Positions 38,547 to 48,416 of a DNA stretch of 64,000 nt are shown one piece after another; the first letter of the stretch is position 1; each line of letters opens with the position of its first letter. Source of the DNA: Myxococcales bacterium (GTDB lineage: Bacteria; Myxococcota_A; Polyangia; GCA-2747355). Both the position numbers and the translations under genes were made by a program. Below the pieces are notes generated by a model that was not told the origin of the DNA, ran no database searches, and saw only the letters and a list, made by a program, of their open reading frames with translations. The DNA is taken from assembly GCA_020431405.1 (NCBI GenBank), contig JAGQIK010000493.1, positions 7,121 through 71,120 on the forward strand, given 5' to 3'.

Positions 38547-40757
38547 ATGTCATTCATGCGAAGTGCCCTTCTGTCGCCGCCGAGGCGAGCGTCGCTGCTC
38601 GCGCTCGTCACGGTCGCGCTCGCGCTCGTCGTCGGCGTCGGTTGTCTGGGAGAGGTCGGCGGCGTAGGCGACGACGGAGACGACCGCGCAGCGTTTGCCA
38701 ACAACAAGACCACCGCCTTTCACGCCGTCGCGCCTTATCGGCGCCTCGACACGCGCGGTGGCACCAAGCTGCAGGCCAAGCGCGCATACTGCGTCGCCAT
38801 CGCCGGACGCGACGGCATCCCGAGCTCCGTGCGCGCGGTCGCGCTCAACATCACGGTGGTCAAGCCGGGCCAGGCGGGGCACCTCGTCGCTTTCGCGCGC
38901 GGCGCGCGTCAACCCGAGACCTCGACGCTCAACTTCGCGGCCGGTCAGATCGCCGCCAACGGCACCATCGTCGGCGTAGGCAGCGGCGGGCAGGTCTGCT
39001 TCTACAGCATCGCCACCACCGACTTCGTGGTCGACGTGCTGGGCTACTTCGGCAGCGCCGCGGGCTACGTCGCGCTGGCGCCGTTTCGCCGCGTCAGCGA
39101 GCGTGGCAGCAAGCGCGCCCGCTCGCAGAGCACGCGCTGCTTTCGCGTGGCCGGCCAGAACGGCATCCCGAGCGACGCGCGCGCCGTGGCGCTCAACCTC
39201 ACCGCCGCCGCGGCGACCGGCGCAGGTTTTGTGACGGCCTATCCCAAGGGGCAGTCGCGTCCCGGGACCTCCAACCTCAACTACCGCGCAGGCGGCGCCA
39301 CCGCCAACGGTGCGCTCGTCGAAGTGGGCGAGGGCGGCCAGATCTGCGTCTACGTCATGACGGCGACGGACCTCATCGTCGACATCAACGGCTACCTCGG
39401 CGCCGGCGCCGACTATCGCGCGATCAAGCCGCTGCGCAAGACCGACAGCCGCAGCGGCTCGCAGGTGCTCGACGGCGCCACGCGCTGCTTCACGGTCGCC
39501 GGTGCCAACGGCATCCCCAAGAAGGCACGCGCGGTGGCCTTCAACGTCACCGTCACGCAGCCGCTGTCGGCCGGGCATCTCGTGGTGCGCCCGGCGGGCC
39601 GCGCGCAGACGGCGACCTCGAGCCTCAACTTCGCCGCCGGCGAGACGCGCGCCAACAACGGCATCGTGGCTCTCGGCGACCGCGGCCGCCTCTGCATCTA
39701 CACGCGCGCGACGACACACTACATCCTCGACATCGTCGGCTACTGGCCCGACAACGGCACCTCGCCGGCTCCGCTTTCCCACCCGCGCACCTACGCCGTG
39801 TCGAGCGCGGCCGCGCTGCTCGACGCGCTCGAGACCGCCGTCGCGGGCGATCGCGTCGACGTGGCGCCCAGCGCCTCGATCAACCTCACCGACCACAAAG
39901 AGATCGCCATCGCCGGCGGCGTGACGATCACCGGCGGCCGCAACGGCAGCCGCGCCGGCGCGCTGCTCTACTCCAACAAGCGCGACACGCTGCCGGCCAG
40001 CAAGACCTGGAACCTGCTGCGCACGGCAGGCGCCAAGGTCACGCTCAGCGGCGTGCGCCTGCGCGGCCCCGACGGCACCATCGCCGACTACGGCATCTTC
40101 TACGCCACCGGCATCAACATCGCCCACGACGACGGGCGCGTGGAGGGCAGCGAGCTCTACAACTGGCCGGGCGCTGGCGTCGCCGTCGCCGCAGCCAACG
40201 CCGTGGTGCGCAAGAGCTCGATTCACGACAACATCCGCACGGGGCGCGGCTATGGCGTCGTCGTCGGCAAGACCACCACGCCGGCGCTCATCGAGCACAA
40301 CGCCTTCCGCCGCAACCGCCACGCCGTCGCGGGCAGCGGCTACGGCAGCTACACGGTGCGCTTCAATCGCTTCCTCGACAGTCCCACCGCCGGCATTCAT
40401 TGGGTCGTCGACATGCACGGCGTCAACGAGCACACCCTCGATAACTCCACCAAACAGGCCGGCGTGCTGATCCACGTGCACAACAACGACTTCGAGTATC
40501 GAGGCCACGGCATGGCGTTCGTCGGCATCCGCGGCGTGCCCGCGCAGGTGGCGATCATCGAGAACAACTGCGTCGCGATCACCAGCAGCAGCTGGGTCAC
40601 GCAGGCGATCATGACGGTCTACCCGTCGCCGGTGAGCGGCATGTCGTGCTACGAGAAGTCGGGCAAGTGGCTCTGCCATACGCCGCGCTCGGGCTCCGCG
40701 TTGCAGAACATCGTGGTGCGTGGGAACCGCCTCGGCCAGCCGCAGGGCTGTCGCTGA
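38547..40757 (+). CDS. Lipoprotein with three tandem repeats of about 115 aa followed by a right-handed parallel beta-helix (pectate-lyase-like) domain
   Basis: MSFMRSALLSPPRRASLLALVTVALALVVGVGC lipobox. Repeats share R(R/K)xD(T/S)R...GIP...ARAVA(L/F)N(I/L/V)T...SxLN(F/Y)...AN...(V/I)D(V/I)xGY. C-terminal NxxxxxxxI/V repeats (IHDNIRTGRGYGVVV...). Confidence 0.6.
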   Translation: MSFMRSALLSPPRRASLLALVTVALALVVGVGCLGEVGGVGDDGDDRAAFANNKTTAFHAVAPYRRLDTRGGTKLQAKRAYCVAIAGRDGIPSSVRAVALNITVVKPGQAGHLVAFARGARQPETSTLNFAAGQIAANGTIVGVGSGGQVCFYSIATTDFVVDVLGYFGSAAGYVALAPFRRVSERGSKRARSQSTRCFRVAGQNGIPSDARAVALNLTAAAATGAGFVTAYPKGQSRPGTSNLNYRAGGATANGALVEVGEGGQICVYVMTATDLIVDINGYLGAGADYRAIKPLRKTDSRSGSQVLDGATRCFTVAGANGIPKKARAVAFNVTVTQPLSAGHLVVRPAGRAQTATSSLNFAAGETRANNGIVALGDRGRLCIYTRATTHYILDIVGYWPDNGTSPAPLSHPRTYAVSSAAALLDALETAVAGDRVDVAPSASINLTDHKEIAIAGGVTITGGRNGSRAGALLYSNKRDTLPASKTWNLLRTAGAKVTLSGVRLRGPDGTIADYGIFYATGINIAHDDGRVEGSELYNWPGAGVAVAAANAVVRKSSIHDNIRTGRGYGVVVGKTTTPALIEHNAFRRNRHAVAGSGYGSYTVRFNRFLDSPTAGIHWVVDMHGVNEHTLDNSTKQAGVLIHVHNNDFEYRGHGMAFVGIRGVPAQVAIIENNCVAITSSSWVTQAIMTVYPSPVSGMSCYEKSGKWLCHTPRSGSALQNIVVRGNRLGQPQGCR

Positions 40758-40792
40758 AGCGCTCCATGGCGCCGATGCTGTAACGTCTGCGC

Positions 40793-42592
40793 ATGCCCAC
40801 ATCGCACCTGCAGCGCGCCGCCGCCGCTGCGCACGCCGTCGACCATCAACAGATGCTGCACGCGCTGCTCGACGCGTGGCGTGCCTGCCGCGACGCGCGC
40901 ATCGCCGCGCTGATCGAGGCCAGCGACGCGCGCGTCGCGCCGCTGTTGGCGCCGCTCGATACGCGCGCGGGCGAGCTCGCCTATCACGAAGCCTGGGTGC
41001 GCCTCGCCAGCGCCGAGCGCGCCCTCGACGTGCCGAGGCTGCTGCCCGGTCTCTTTCGCCGCCCGCTGGGCCAGCACTTCGTGCGCCGCGTGGAGCAGAT
41101 CGCCGAGCGCCCCGACGACCCGCGCATCGCCGCCGCCCTGGCGCAGATGGTGCTCGAGCCGCCCGCGACCTCGCGCTCGATCTGGTACGCGTGGCACGTG
41201 ATCATCGAGCGGCTGGTCGCCATCAGCGACCCGAGCACGGTCGCACCGCTGCGCGCGCGCCTGGCCGAGCCCAAGGGGGAGTCGCTGTTCTGGCCGATGC
41301 TCTACGAAAAGATCGAGCAAGCGCTCGCTGCGCTGCCCGGCGAGCCTCCGCCGCTGTCGAGCGCCGCGCGCGCCGCGCTCGACGAGGCGACGTCGGCGCT
41401 GGCCGCGATGCCTGCTGCGCGCGCCGACGAGCTCGCCGCACCCGCGGCGGCGCCAGCGAGCGATCTCGACGCGCTGCTCGCCGCCGTCTACGCCGACCCG
41501 GCGTCCGACGAAGCGCGCCGCGTCTACGCCGACGCGCTCTCGGAGCGCGGCGACCCCCACGCCGAGCTGATCCAGCTGCAGCTCGCGCCGCCCAGCGCCG
41601 AGGCCGAGGCGCGGGCCGAGGCGCTGCTGGCCGAGCACGGCGAGCGCTGGCTCGGACCGCTGCGCGCGGCGCTCGAGCCGAGCGAGACCCGCTTCGAGCG
41701 CGGCTTTCTCGCTCGCTGCGAAGTGGGCTTCGGCGCCGACAGCGCGCGCGACGAGCTGCTCGCCGAGCGCGGCTGGTCGACCGTCAGCGAGCTCTATTCG
41801 GACGACCCCGCGGTGCTGCGCAGCGCGGCGTTTCGCGGGCTGCACACCATCGGCGGTTTCGAGGCCGCGCTGCTCGCCGAGCTCGCCACGGCTGATCCGC
41901 CGCTCGACGTGGCGACCCTCGCCGCGGTGCGCCTCGAGTCGCTGCCGCACGAAGGGCTCGCCGGCCTGCGCACGAGCACGTTTTCTGGCCTCCCGGCGGT
42001 GCGCGTGCTGCAGCTGGTGGGCATCGACTACTACGACTCGCGCCAGATCAACGCGCTGCTCGACAGCCTCTCCGGGCTAGAGCTCGTGCGACGCCTCGAG
42101 CGCCTCGAGGTCTCGGTGCCGGCCTACGACGGTGCGCCCTCGGCGAGCGCGCTGTTCGCCGCGCTGCCGGGCTTGCGCCTGCTGACCGTGCATCCCGACT
42201 TCTATTACTGCGTCACGCTGGTGCGTGCGGACGACGGCAGCGTCGGCCTGCGCGTGGTGCAGCTCATCGCGCCCTTTCGCGACGCACGCGATGACGCCGA
42301 CATGCTGGCGGCGTCGCTCGTCGCGCACCTCGCGACGCGGCCCGACTGGCTTGCCCTCGACTACGCCGGCGAGCCGCGCCCGGCGGACGAGATCGACCCA
42401 CACTACGATCGCATCGTCGAGGTGCTGCGCGCTCGCCGCGACCTCGCGCCGCTGCGCGGGCTGCCGCTGACGCTGCCGCGCGACGATCCGCAGCCGTGGG
42501 CGCGTCACCTCGGGTCGTGGTCCAGCGAGGACGACCGTCGCAAGCGGCAAAAGCGCCTCGCGCGCGCTCGCGCCCGCGCGCGGCGCGGGTGA
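40793..42592 (+). CDS. TIGR02996-motif (repeat-companion) protein with a leucine-rich C-terminal region
   Basis: LLAAVYADPASDEARRVYADALSERGDPHAELIQLQLA matches the TIGR02996 signature as I recall it. Confidence 0.6.
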   Translation: MPTSHLQRAAAAAHAVDHQQMLHALLDAWRACRDARIAALIEASDARVAPLLAPLDTRAGELAYHEAWVRLASAERALDVPRLLPGLFRRPLGQHFVRRVEQIAERPDDPRIAAALAQMVLEPPATSRSIWYAWHVIIERLVAISDPSTVAPLRARLAEPKGESLFWPMLYEKIEQALAALPGEPPPLSSAARAALDEATSALAAMPAARADELAAPAAAPASDLDALLAAVYADPASDEARRVYADALSERGDPHAELIQLQLAPPSAEAEARAEALLAEHGERWLGPLRAALEPSETRFERGFLARCEVGFGADSARDELLAERGWSTVSELYSDDPAVLRSAAFRGLHTIGGFEAALLAELATADPPLDVATLAAVRLESLPHEGLAGLRTSTFSGLPAVRVLQLVGIDYYDSRQINALLDSLSGLELVRRLERLEVSVPAYDGAPSASALFAALPGLRLLTVHPDFYYCVTLVRADDGSVGLRVVQLIAPFRDARDDADMLAASLVAHLATRPDWLALDYAGEPRPADEIDPHYDRIVEVLRARRDLAPLRGLPLTLPRDDPQPWARHLGSWSSEDDRRKRQKRLARARARARRG

Positions 42593-42604
42593 TAGGCTGT
42601 CTCG

Positions 42605-43372
42605 ATGGCGAACGCTCTCGTCAAGCTCGTAGCCGCGCTGGCTGTCATCACGCTCGGCGCGCCCGGATCCGCGAGCGCCTTCCAGTGCCAATCGCGGCCG
42701 CGCGTGCGCGCCGTCTATCCGCGCCCGGGCGGCGAGCTTCCGCTCGATGCGCGCCTCTTCGTCGCCGTGCACGGCAGCCCCATCGAGCGCGGCAAGCTGC
42801 GCCTCGTCGTCGGCCGCGCGCCCACGCGGTTTCGTATCCACACGAGCTCGCAGAGCAGCACGCGCCTGATGGCGCTCGAGCTGCTGCGCCGCCCGCGCGT
42901 CGGCGCGCGCTACCGGCTGACCTACAAAGGACGCGAGGTCGCCAGCGGGCGCGTTGGCAAGGCGCTCGCGAAAGACGTCGCCGCCGCCACGCCTTGGGTG
43001 CGAAGCGCCCGCGTCGAGGTCGGCAAGCCGTATATTCCACGCGGCCGCGTATCGCCCAAACGCGCGCGCTCGCGCGGGCGCACGCTGGCGCTCGTCGCGC
43101 TCGAGCGCGCCCCCGAAGACAAGGGGCGGCCGCTCGCGCCCATCGCCGCCTACGTGGTGGAGGTCTCCGTGTTGCGGCCCAAGCGCGCACGCGCCACGTT
43201 CTGGCGCGTGGTGCGTGGCCCCGGCGCTACACGCTTGGCGCTCGCCGCGTTGCGCGCGTGCAGCGACATGCTGCCGGCGCCGATCCGCGGCAGCTACATG
43301 ATCAAGCTCGAGGCGGTCTCGCCCACGGGACGCGTCAGCCACCCGCTCGTGCTCGGCGGCGCGCTCAGATAA
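42605..43372 (+). CDS. Secreted Arg-rich protein, Ig-like N-terminal domain, paralogue 1
   Basis: Signal peptide MANALVKLVAALAVITLGAPGSASA. Architecture parallels 43432..44196. Confidence 0.45.
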   Translation: MANALVKLVAALAVITLGAPGSASAFQCQSRPRVRAVYPRPGGELPLDARLFVAVHGSPIERGKLRLVVGRAPTRFRIHTSSQSSTRLMALELLRRPRVGARYRLTYKGREVASGRVGKALAKDVAAATPWVRSARVEVGKPYIPRGRVSPKRARSRGRTLALVALERAPEDKGRPLAPIAAYVVEVSVLRPKRARATFWRVVRGPGATRLALAALRACSDMLPAPIRGSYMIKLEAVSPTGRVSHPLVLGGALR

Positions 43373-43431
43373 CGCCGCGCTCGGCGGCCGCCGCGCACAA
43401 GATCCAGCGGCCGCCACCGTATGAACGTCCC

Positions 43432-44196
43432 ATGAGCGCCACCACCATCGCCGTCGCCTCGTTTTTGTTGCTTGTCGCCGCTGGCGCCGTCGCCCCCGCG
43501 CCGGCCCGCGCCGACTGCGCCGCGAAGGCCGATACTTTCTCTCCACCGCGCGGCGCCCGTGACGTGCCGACCAACGTCAAGCCGTTCATCGCGCTCTACG
43601 GCTACGGCCGCGCGCAGGTGGTCAAGCTGCTGCGCGCCGGCGCGTACCTGCGCGCCAAGGGGCATCGCGTCAAAGTCACGCCGCGCGCCTATACCGGCTA
43701 CGCCACCGAGTCCGTCGTGCTGAGCCCTGCGAGCGCCCTGCGCCCCAACACCACCTACTCGCTCGACGTCACGACGCCGCAGGGCGCGCGCCTGCTCAGC
43801 TACAGCTTCACCACCGGTGCGAGCCGCGACACGCGCGCACCGGGCTCGCCTTCGCCGCGCAACGTCAAGCACACCTACACCAGGTTCGGCTGCGGCCCCG
43901 CCGACCGCATCGCCTTCGAGCTCGCCGGCGCGCTGTCGGACGACAAGACGCCGGCCAAGGCGTTGCGCCTGCGCTTCGACGTGGTCGAGCGCGCGCCCGG
44001 GCGCAAGCCGCACAAACGCGTCGTCGTCGCGCTGCCGGGCTCGCGCTCGCTGGGCCACGGCATGTGCGCTGGCAACGCCGAGCTGCGCCCGTGCGCGACG
44101 TACGACTTCCGCGTCTCGGTGGTCGACTACGCCGGCAACATCAGCGCGCCGAGCCCCAAGCTCTCGGTCAAGACCAAGTGCCGCCGCACCCCGTAG
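43432..44196 (+). CDS. Secreted protein, Ig-like (SbsA/Big_5-like) N-terminal domain, paralogue 2
   Basis: Signal peptide MSATTIAVASFLLLVAAGAVAPAPARA. FSPPRGARDVPTNVKPFIAL...LRPNTTYSLDV. C-terminal YDFRVSVVDYAGNIS. Confidence 0.5.
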   Translation: MSATTIAVASFLLLVAAGAVAPAPARADCAAKADTFSPPRGARDVPTNVKPFIALYGYGRAQVVKLLRAGAYLRAKGHRVKVTPRAYTGYATESVVLSPASALRPNTTYSLDVTTPQGARLLSYSFTTGASRDTRAPGSPSPRNVKHTYTRFGCGPADRIAFELAGALSDDKTPAKALRLRFDVVERAPGRKPHKRVVVALPGSRSLGHGMCAGNAELRPCATYDFRVSVVDYAGNISAPSPKLSVKTKCRRTP

Positions 44197-44213
44197 CGCT
44201 TTAGAATGGCGAG

Positions 44214-44996
44214 ATGCTGCTCGCCATCGACACCGGAAACACCAACACCGTGCTCGGCGTCTTCGACGGCGAGCGTCTGCTGCGTCACTGGCGTATCGCC
44301 ACCAGCGAAGACCGCACCTCCGACGAGTACGCCATCGCGCTGCGCCAACTGTTCGAGCTCGCGGCGCTCTCGCCGGAGCTCGAGGCGGCGATCATCTCGT
44401 CGGTGGTGCCCGGCGCCGTCGCGCCACTGCGTCGCTGCTGCGAGCAGCACTTCGGCGTCGAGACGCTCGTGGTAGGCCCCGGCATCAAGAGCGGCATGCC
44501 GATCCTCGCCGAGAATCCCAAAGAGGTCGGCGCCGATCGCATCGTCAATGGTGTAGCGGCGTTCGAGCGCTTCGGGCGCGCCGAGCAGGATCTTGGTCTG
44601 ATCGTCGTCGACTTCGGCACCGCCACCACGCTCGACTGCATCAGCCCGCGCGGCGAGTACCTCGGCGGCGCCATCTGCCCTGGCGTGACCATCTCGGCAG
44701 ACGCGCTGTATCACCACGCCGCCAAGCTGCCGCGCGTCGAGGTGCAGCGCCCGCCGTCCGTGGTGGGCCGCAATACCGTGCATTGTCTTCAGGTTGGCAT
44801 CTACTACGGCTACGCGGCGATGGTCGACGGGCTCGTCACGCGCATGAAGGAAGAGCTCGGCTTCGCAGTGCGCGTGATCGCCACCGGCGGCCTGGCGACC
44901 CTCATCGGCGAGGCCTCGACGACCATCGACGAGGTCGACGATCTGCTCACCCTCGAGGGGCTGCGATTGATCTATCGCCGCAATCGCGCAGCCTAG
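44214..44996 (+). CDS. coaX: Type III pantothenate kinase
   Basis: MLLAIDTGNTNTVLGVF, VVDFGTATTLD, ATGGLA. Confidence 0.9.
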   Translation: MLLAIDTGNTNTVLGVFDGERLLRHWRIATSEDRTSDEYAIALRQLFELAALSPELEAAIISSVVPGAVAPLRRCCEQHFGVETLVVGPGIKSGMPILAENPKEVGADRIVNGVAAFERFGRAEQDLGLIVVDFGTATTLDCISPRGEYLGGAICPGVTISADALYHHAAKLPRVEVQRPPSVVGRNTVHCLQVGIYYGYAAMVDGLVTRMKEELGFAVRVIATGGLATLIGEASTTIDEVDDLLTLEGLRLIYRRNRAA

Positions 44997-45084
44997 TGAT
45001 CCTCCGCGATCCCTCTTCCCAAGCTCGAACCAACCTGTTTATAGTCCGAGACTTCCTGTCACACGACACGAGCGAGATCCACGA

Positions 45085-47145
45085 ATGAAACAGTATCCAG
45101 CGCAAGACATCCGGACGATCGCCTTTGTGGGGCACCAGAAGTGCGGCAAGACGTCGCTCGCCGAGGCGATCCTCTTCGACACCAAGGCGGTCAATCGCCT
45201 CGGCAAGGTCGACGACGAGAGCTCCAACCTCGACACCGAGCCCGAGGAGCACAAGCGCAAGTCGTCGATCCATCTCTCGCTTGGATACTGCGAGTGGGCC
45301 AAGAAGAAGATCAACTTCATCGACGCCCCCGGCGACGCCAACTTCGCCTCTGACGCCGACCAGGCGCTCTCCGCCGTCGACGCGGTCGTGCTCGTGGTCA
45401 GCGCACCCGACGGCGTGCAGGTCGGCACCGAGCGCGCCTGGGAGCAGACCGTGGCGCGCAACCTGCCGCGCGCGATCTTCATCAACAAGCTCGACCGCGA
45501 GCGCGCCAACTTCAACAAGGCGCTCGACGAGATCAACAGCACGCTCTCGCAGCAGGCGGTGCCGCTGCAGGTGCCCATCGGCAGCGAGGGCAGCTTCAAA
45601 GGGGTCGTCGACCTGCTGGCCAACAAGGCCTACACCTTCGGCGAGGACGGCCGCAAGGTCGAGGTGGGCGACGTGCCTGCCGACCTCGCCGATCAGTGCG
45701 AGGAGATGCGCGAGAAGCTGATCGAGGGCATCGCCTCGGCCGACGACGCGCTGCTCGAGAAGTACCTCGAGACGATGGAGCTGTCCGAGGAAGAGATCCA
45801 CCAAGGCCTCAACAAGGGCATCAGCTCCGGCGCCATCGTGCCGGTGGTCTGTGGCTCGGCCACCGTCAACATCGGCGTGCAGCCGTTGCTCGACCTGATC
45901 GCCAACACGTTCCCCTCGCCGGTGAGCCGGCCGCCGATCAAGACCGCCGACGGCAAAGAGCTTGCCCACGACGCGCCGATGGCGGCGCAGGTCTTCAAGA
46001 CGATCACCGCCGACATCGGCCGCATCGCGCTGCTGCGCGTCTGGTCCGGCGAGCTCAAGGCCGACAGCGACATCCTCAACTCGAGCCGAGACCGCTCGCA
46101 GCGCGTCGGTCAGCTGTACGCGATGATCGGCCACAAGCGCGAGTCGGTTCCGGCATTCGTCGCGGGCGACCTCGTCGGTATCGGCAAGCTCAAGGACACC
46201 GACACGGGCGAGACGCTCTGCGACGGCAACAACAGCGTCGTGCTGCCGCCGCCCGAGCGTCCCGAGCCGCTGATCACCTACGCCATCTCGCCCAAGACCA
46301 AGGGCGACGAAGAGAAGATGGCCAGCAAGCTGCACGACATCCTCGTCGAGGACATCTCGCTGCGCCTCGACCGCGCCGGCAGCGAGATCCTGCTGCGTGG
46401 CATGGGCCAGGTGCACGTCGACAGCGTCGTCGAGCGCCTCAAGCGCATGGGCGTCGAGGTCGAGCTGTCGCTGCCGACCATCGCCTATCGCGAGACGATC
46501 CGCGGCAAGGCCAGCGACGTCGAAGGCAAGCACAAGAAACAGTCCGGCGGCCGCGGCCAGTTCGGCGTCTGCTACATCGATATGGAGCCGGGCGACACCG
46601 ACGCCGAGGATCCGCTCGAGTTCGTCAACGCCATCTTCGGCGGCTCGATCCCCAAGCAGTTCATCCCGTCGGTGGAGAAGGGCATTCGCGCGCGCATGGC
46701 GCGCGGCGTCGTCGCCGGCTTCCCCGTGGTGGGCGTCAAGGTCACGCTCAAGGACGGCAAGTACCACAGCGTCGACTCCGACGGCCGCTCGTTCGAGATG
46801 GCCGGCTCCAAGGGCTTCCAGGAGGCGGTCAAGAAGGCGCGTCCGGCGCTTCTCGAGCCGGTGATGAACGTCACCGTCACGTGTCCCGACGAGAACATGG
46901 GCGACATCTTCGGCGATGTCAGCTCGCGGCGCGGCAAGGTGCTGGGCAGCGAGGCCAAGGGCAAGAAGCAGATCATCAAGGCGCAAGTCCCAGAGGCCGA
47001 GATGCTGCGTTACGCCATCGACCTCGAGTCGCTCACCGGCGGCCGCGGGTCGTTTTCGATGAGCTTCGCCCACTACGAAGACGTGCCCGCGCAGCTCGCC
47101 GAGGAGATCATCGCCAAGGCGCAGGTCGAGGAGGACGAGGACTAG
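45085..47145 (+). CDS. Elongation factor G paralogue (EF-G-like GTPase) with Asp replacing the catalytic His of the G3 motif
   Basis: G1 GHQKCGKTS, G3 DAPGDANF (canonical DTPGHVDF), G4 NKLD. Domains II-V are recognisable (HKKQSGGRGQFG..., GFPVVGVKVTLKDGKYHSVDS). Confidence 0.85.
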   Translation: MKQYPAQDIRTIAFVGHQKCGKTSLAEAILFDTKAVNRLGKVDDESSNLDTEPEEHKRKSSIHLSLGYCEWAKKKINFIDAPGDANFASDADQALSAVDAVVLVVSAPDGVQVGTERAWEQTVARNLPRAIFINKLDRERANFNKALDEINSTLSQQAVPLQVPIGSEGSFKGVVDLLANKAYTFGEDGRKVEVGDVPADLADQCEEMREKLIEGIASADDALLEKYLETMELSEEEIHQGLNKGISSGAIVPVVCGSATVNIGVQPLLDLIANTFPSPVSRPPIKTADGKELAHDAPMAAQVFKTITADIGRIALLRVWSGELKADSDILNSSRDRSQRVGQLYAMIGHKRESVPAFVAGDLVGIGKLKDTDTGETLCDGNNSVVLPPPERPEPLITYAISPKTKGDEEKMASKLHDILVEDISLRLDRAGSEILLRGMGQVHVDSVVERLKRMGVEVELSLPTIAYRETIRGKASDVEGKHKKQSGGRGQFGVCYIDMEPGDTDAEDPLEFVNAIFGGSIPKQFIPSVEKGIRARMARGVVAGFPVVGVKVTLKDGKYHSVDSDGRSFEMAGSKGFQEAVKKARPALLEPVMNVTVTCPDENMGDIFGDVSSRRGKVLGSEAKGKKQIIKAQVPEAEMLRYAIDLESLTGGRGSFSMSFAHYEDVPAQLAEEIIAKAQVEEDED

Positions 47146-47191
47146 CGTAGCCGGCGTCAGGCTATAAGCTTTCGTAGCTAACGGAGCGCGC

Positions 47192-48388
47192 ATGTCCCTC
47201 GACCGAACGCCACTCGACGTCAGCCAGCTTCCGCCGCAGGTCCAGCGCGTCTGCGCCCCCAACGTGCCGGGGCCAGCGCGCATGATGGCCGCGCGCGGTC
47301 TGGCGCCGATGGGTCCCAAGGACCTGATCACGGCGCTATACCAGCTCGGCCTCGATACCGACGCCAAGATCGCGCAGGCCGCCAAGCAAACGGCGGCCAA
47401 GCTGCCCGAGAACATCCTCGCCGCCGCGCTCGGCGAGGCGCTCGACGCACGCGTGCTCGACTTCTTCGCCGAGCACGCCGCCGACAAGCCGCTGCTCGCC
47501 GAGAAGATCCTGCTCAACCGAGCGGCGCACGACGAGACGATGGTCGCCATCGCGCGCTCGCTCGGCGAGCGCGAGGTCGAGATCCTCGCCGGCAACGCCG
47601 AGCGCATCGTGCGCTGCCCGCGCATCATCGAGGCGATCTACTTCAATAAGCACGCGCGCATGTCGACCGTCGATCGACTGCTCGAGTTCGCGGTCCGCAA
47701 CAAGCTGGTGCTCGAGGGCATCCCGCAGTTCAAGGCCATCGCCGCGAGCATTCTCGGCGAGGCCGCGGCGGAGCAGCCGCCGCAAGCGCAGCCACAGCAG
47801 CCAGCGGCCGCGCTGGTCAGCGCGCTTTCGTTGGGCGACATGTCGTTCGACGACGAGCAGATGGCGGCTTTCGACGACGACATCTTCTCCCAGGTGCTCA
47901 ACGACGACAGCTGGGATCAGGGTCCGGTCGGCACGCTCGAGTTCGAAGGCGAGCAGGACGACGAGAACAAGCAGAAGATCAGCGAGATGTCGGTGACGAA
48001 GAAGATTCGTCTGGCCAGCATCGGCAGCATCTTCCACCGCATGGTGCTCGTGCGCGACTCCAACAAGGCGGTCGCCATGGCGGCGATCGGCTCGCCTGGC
48101 GTGGGCGAGCAGGAGGCCGCGCGCTACGCAGCCAATCGCGGCCTCAGCGAGGAAGTGATCCGGTTCATCGCCAACAAGAAAGAGTGGCAGAAGAACTACC
48201 AGATCAAGGTCTCGCTGGTGAACAACCCCAAGACGCCGCTGCCCAGCTCGCTGCGTCTGCTCAAGCACCTGCGCCCCAACGACGTCAAGGCGCTGGCGCG
48301 CTCGAAGAACATCCCGGCGGCGCTGGCCAACGCCGCCAAGCAGATCCTCAGCCGCAAGTCCGGCGGCCCCAGCGGACGTCGCGGCTGA
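47192..48388 (+). CDS. Conserved-looking alpha-helical repeat protein, unknown function
   Basis: GGAG SD. Coding-like composition. Helical repeats flank an acidic Q/P-rich linker. Confidence 0.5.
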   Translation: MSLDRTPLDVSQLPPQVQRVCAPNVPGPARMMAARGLAPMGPKDLITALYQLGLDTDAKIAQAAKQTAAKLPENILAAALGEALDARVLDFFAEHAADKPLLAEKILLNRAAHDETMVAIARSLGEREVEILAGNAERIVRCPRIIEAIYFNKHARMSTVDRLLEFAVRNKLVLEGIPQFKAIAASILGEAAAEQPPQAQPQQPAAALVSALSLGDMSFDDEQMAAFDDDIFSQVLNDDSWDQGPVGTLEFEGEQDDENKQKISEMSVTKKIRLASIGSIFHRMVLVRDSNKAVAMAAIGSPGVGEQEAARYAANRGLSEEVIRFIANKKEWQKNYQIKVSLVNNPKTPLPSSLRLLKHLRPNDVKALARSKNIPAALANAAKQILSRKSGGPSGRRG

Positions 48389-48416
48389 GGCCGCGCGTTC
48401 GGCCACCGCTTCGCCG

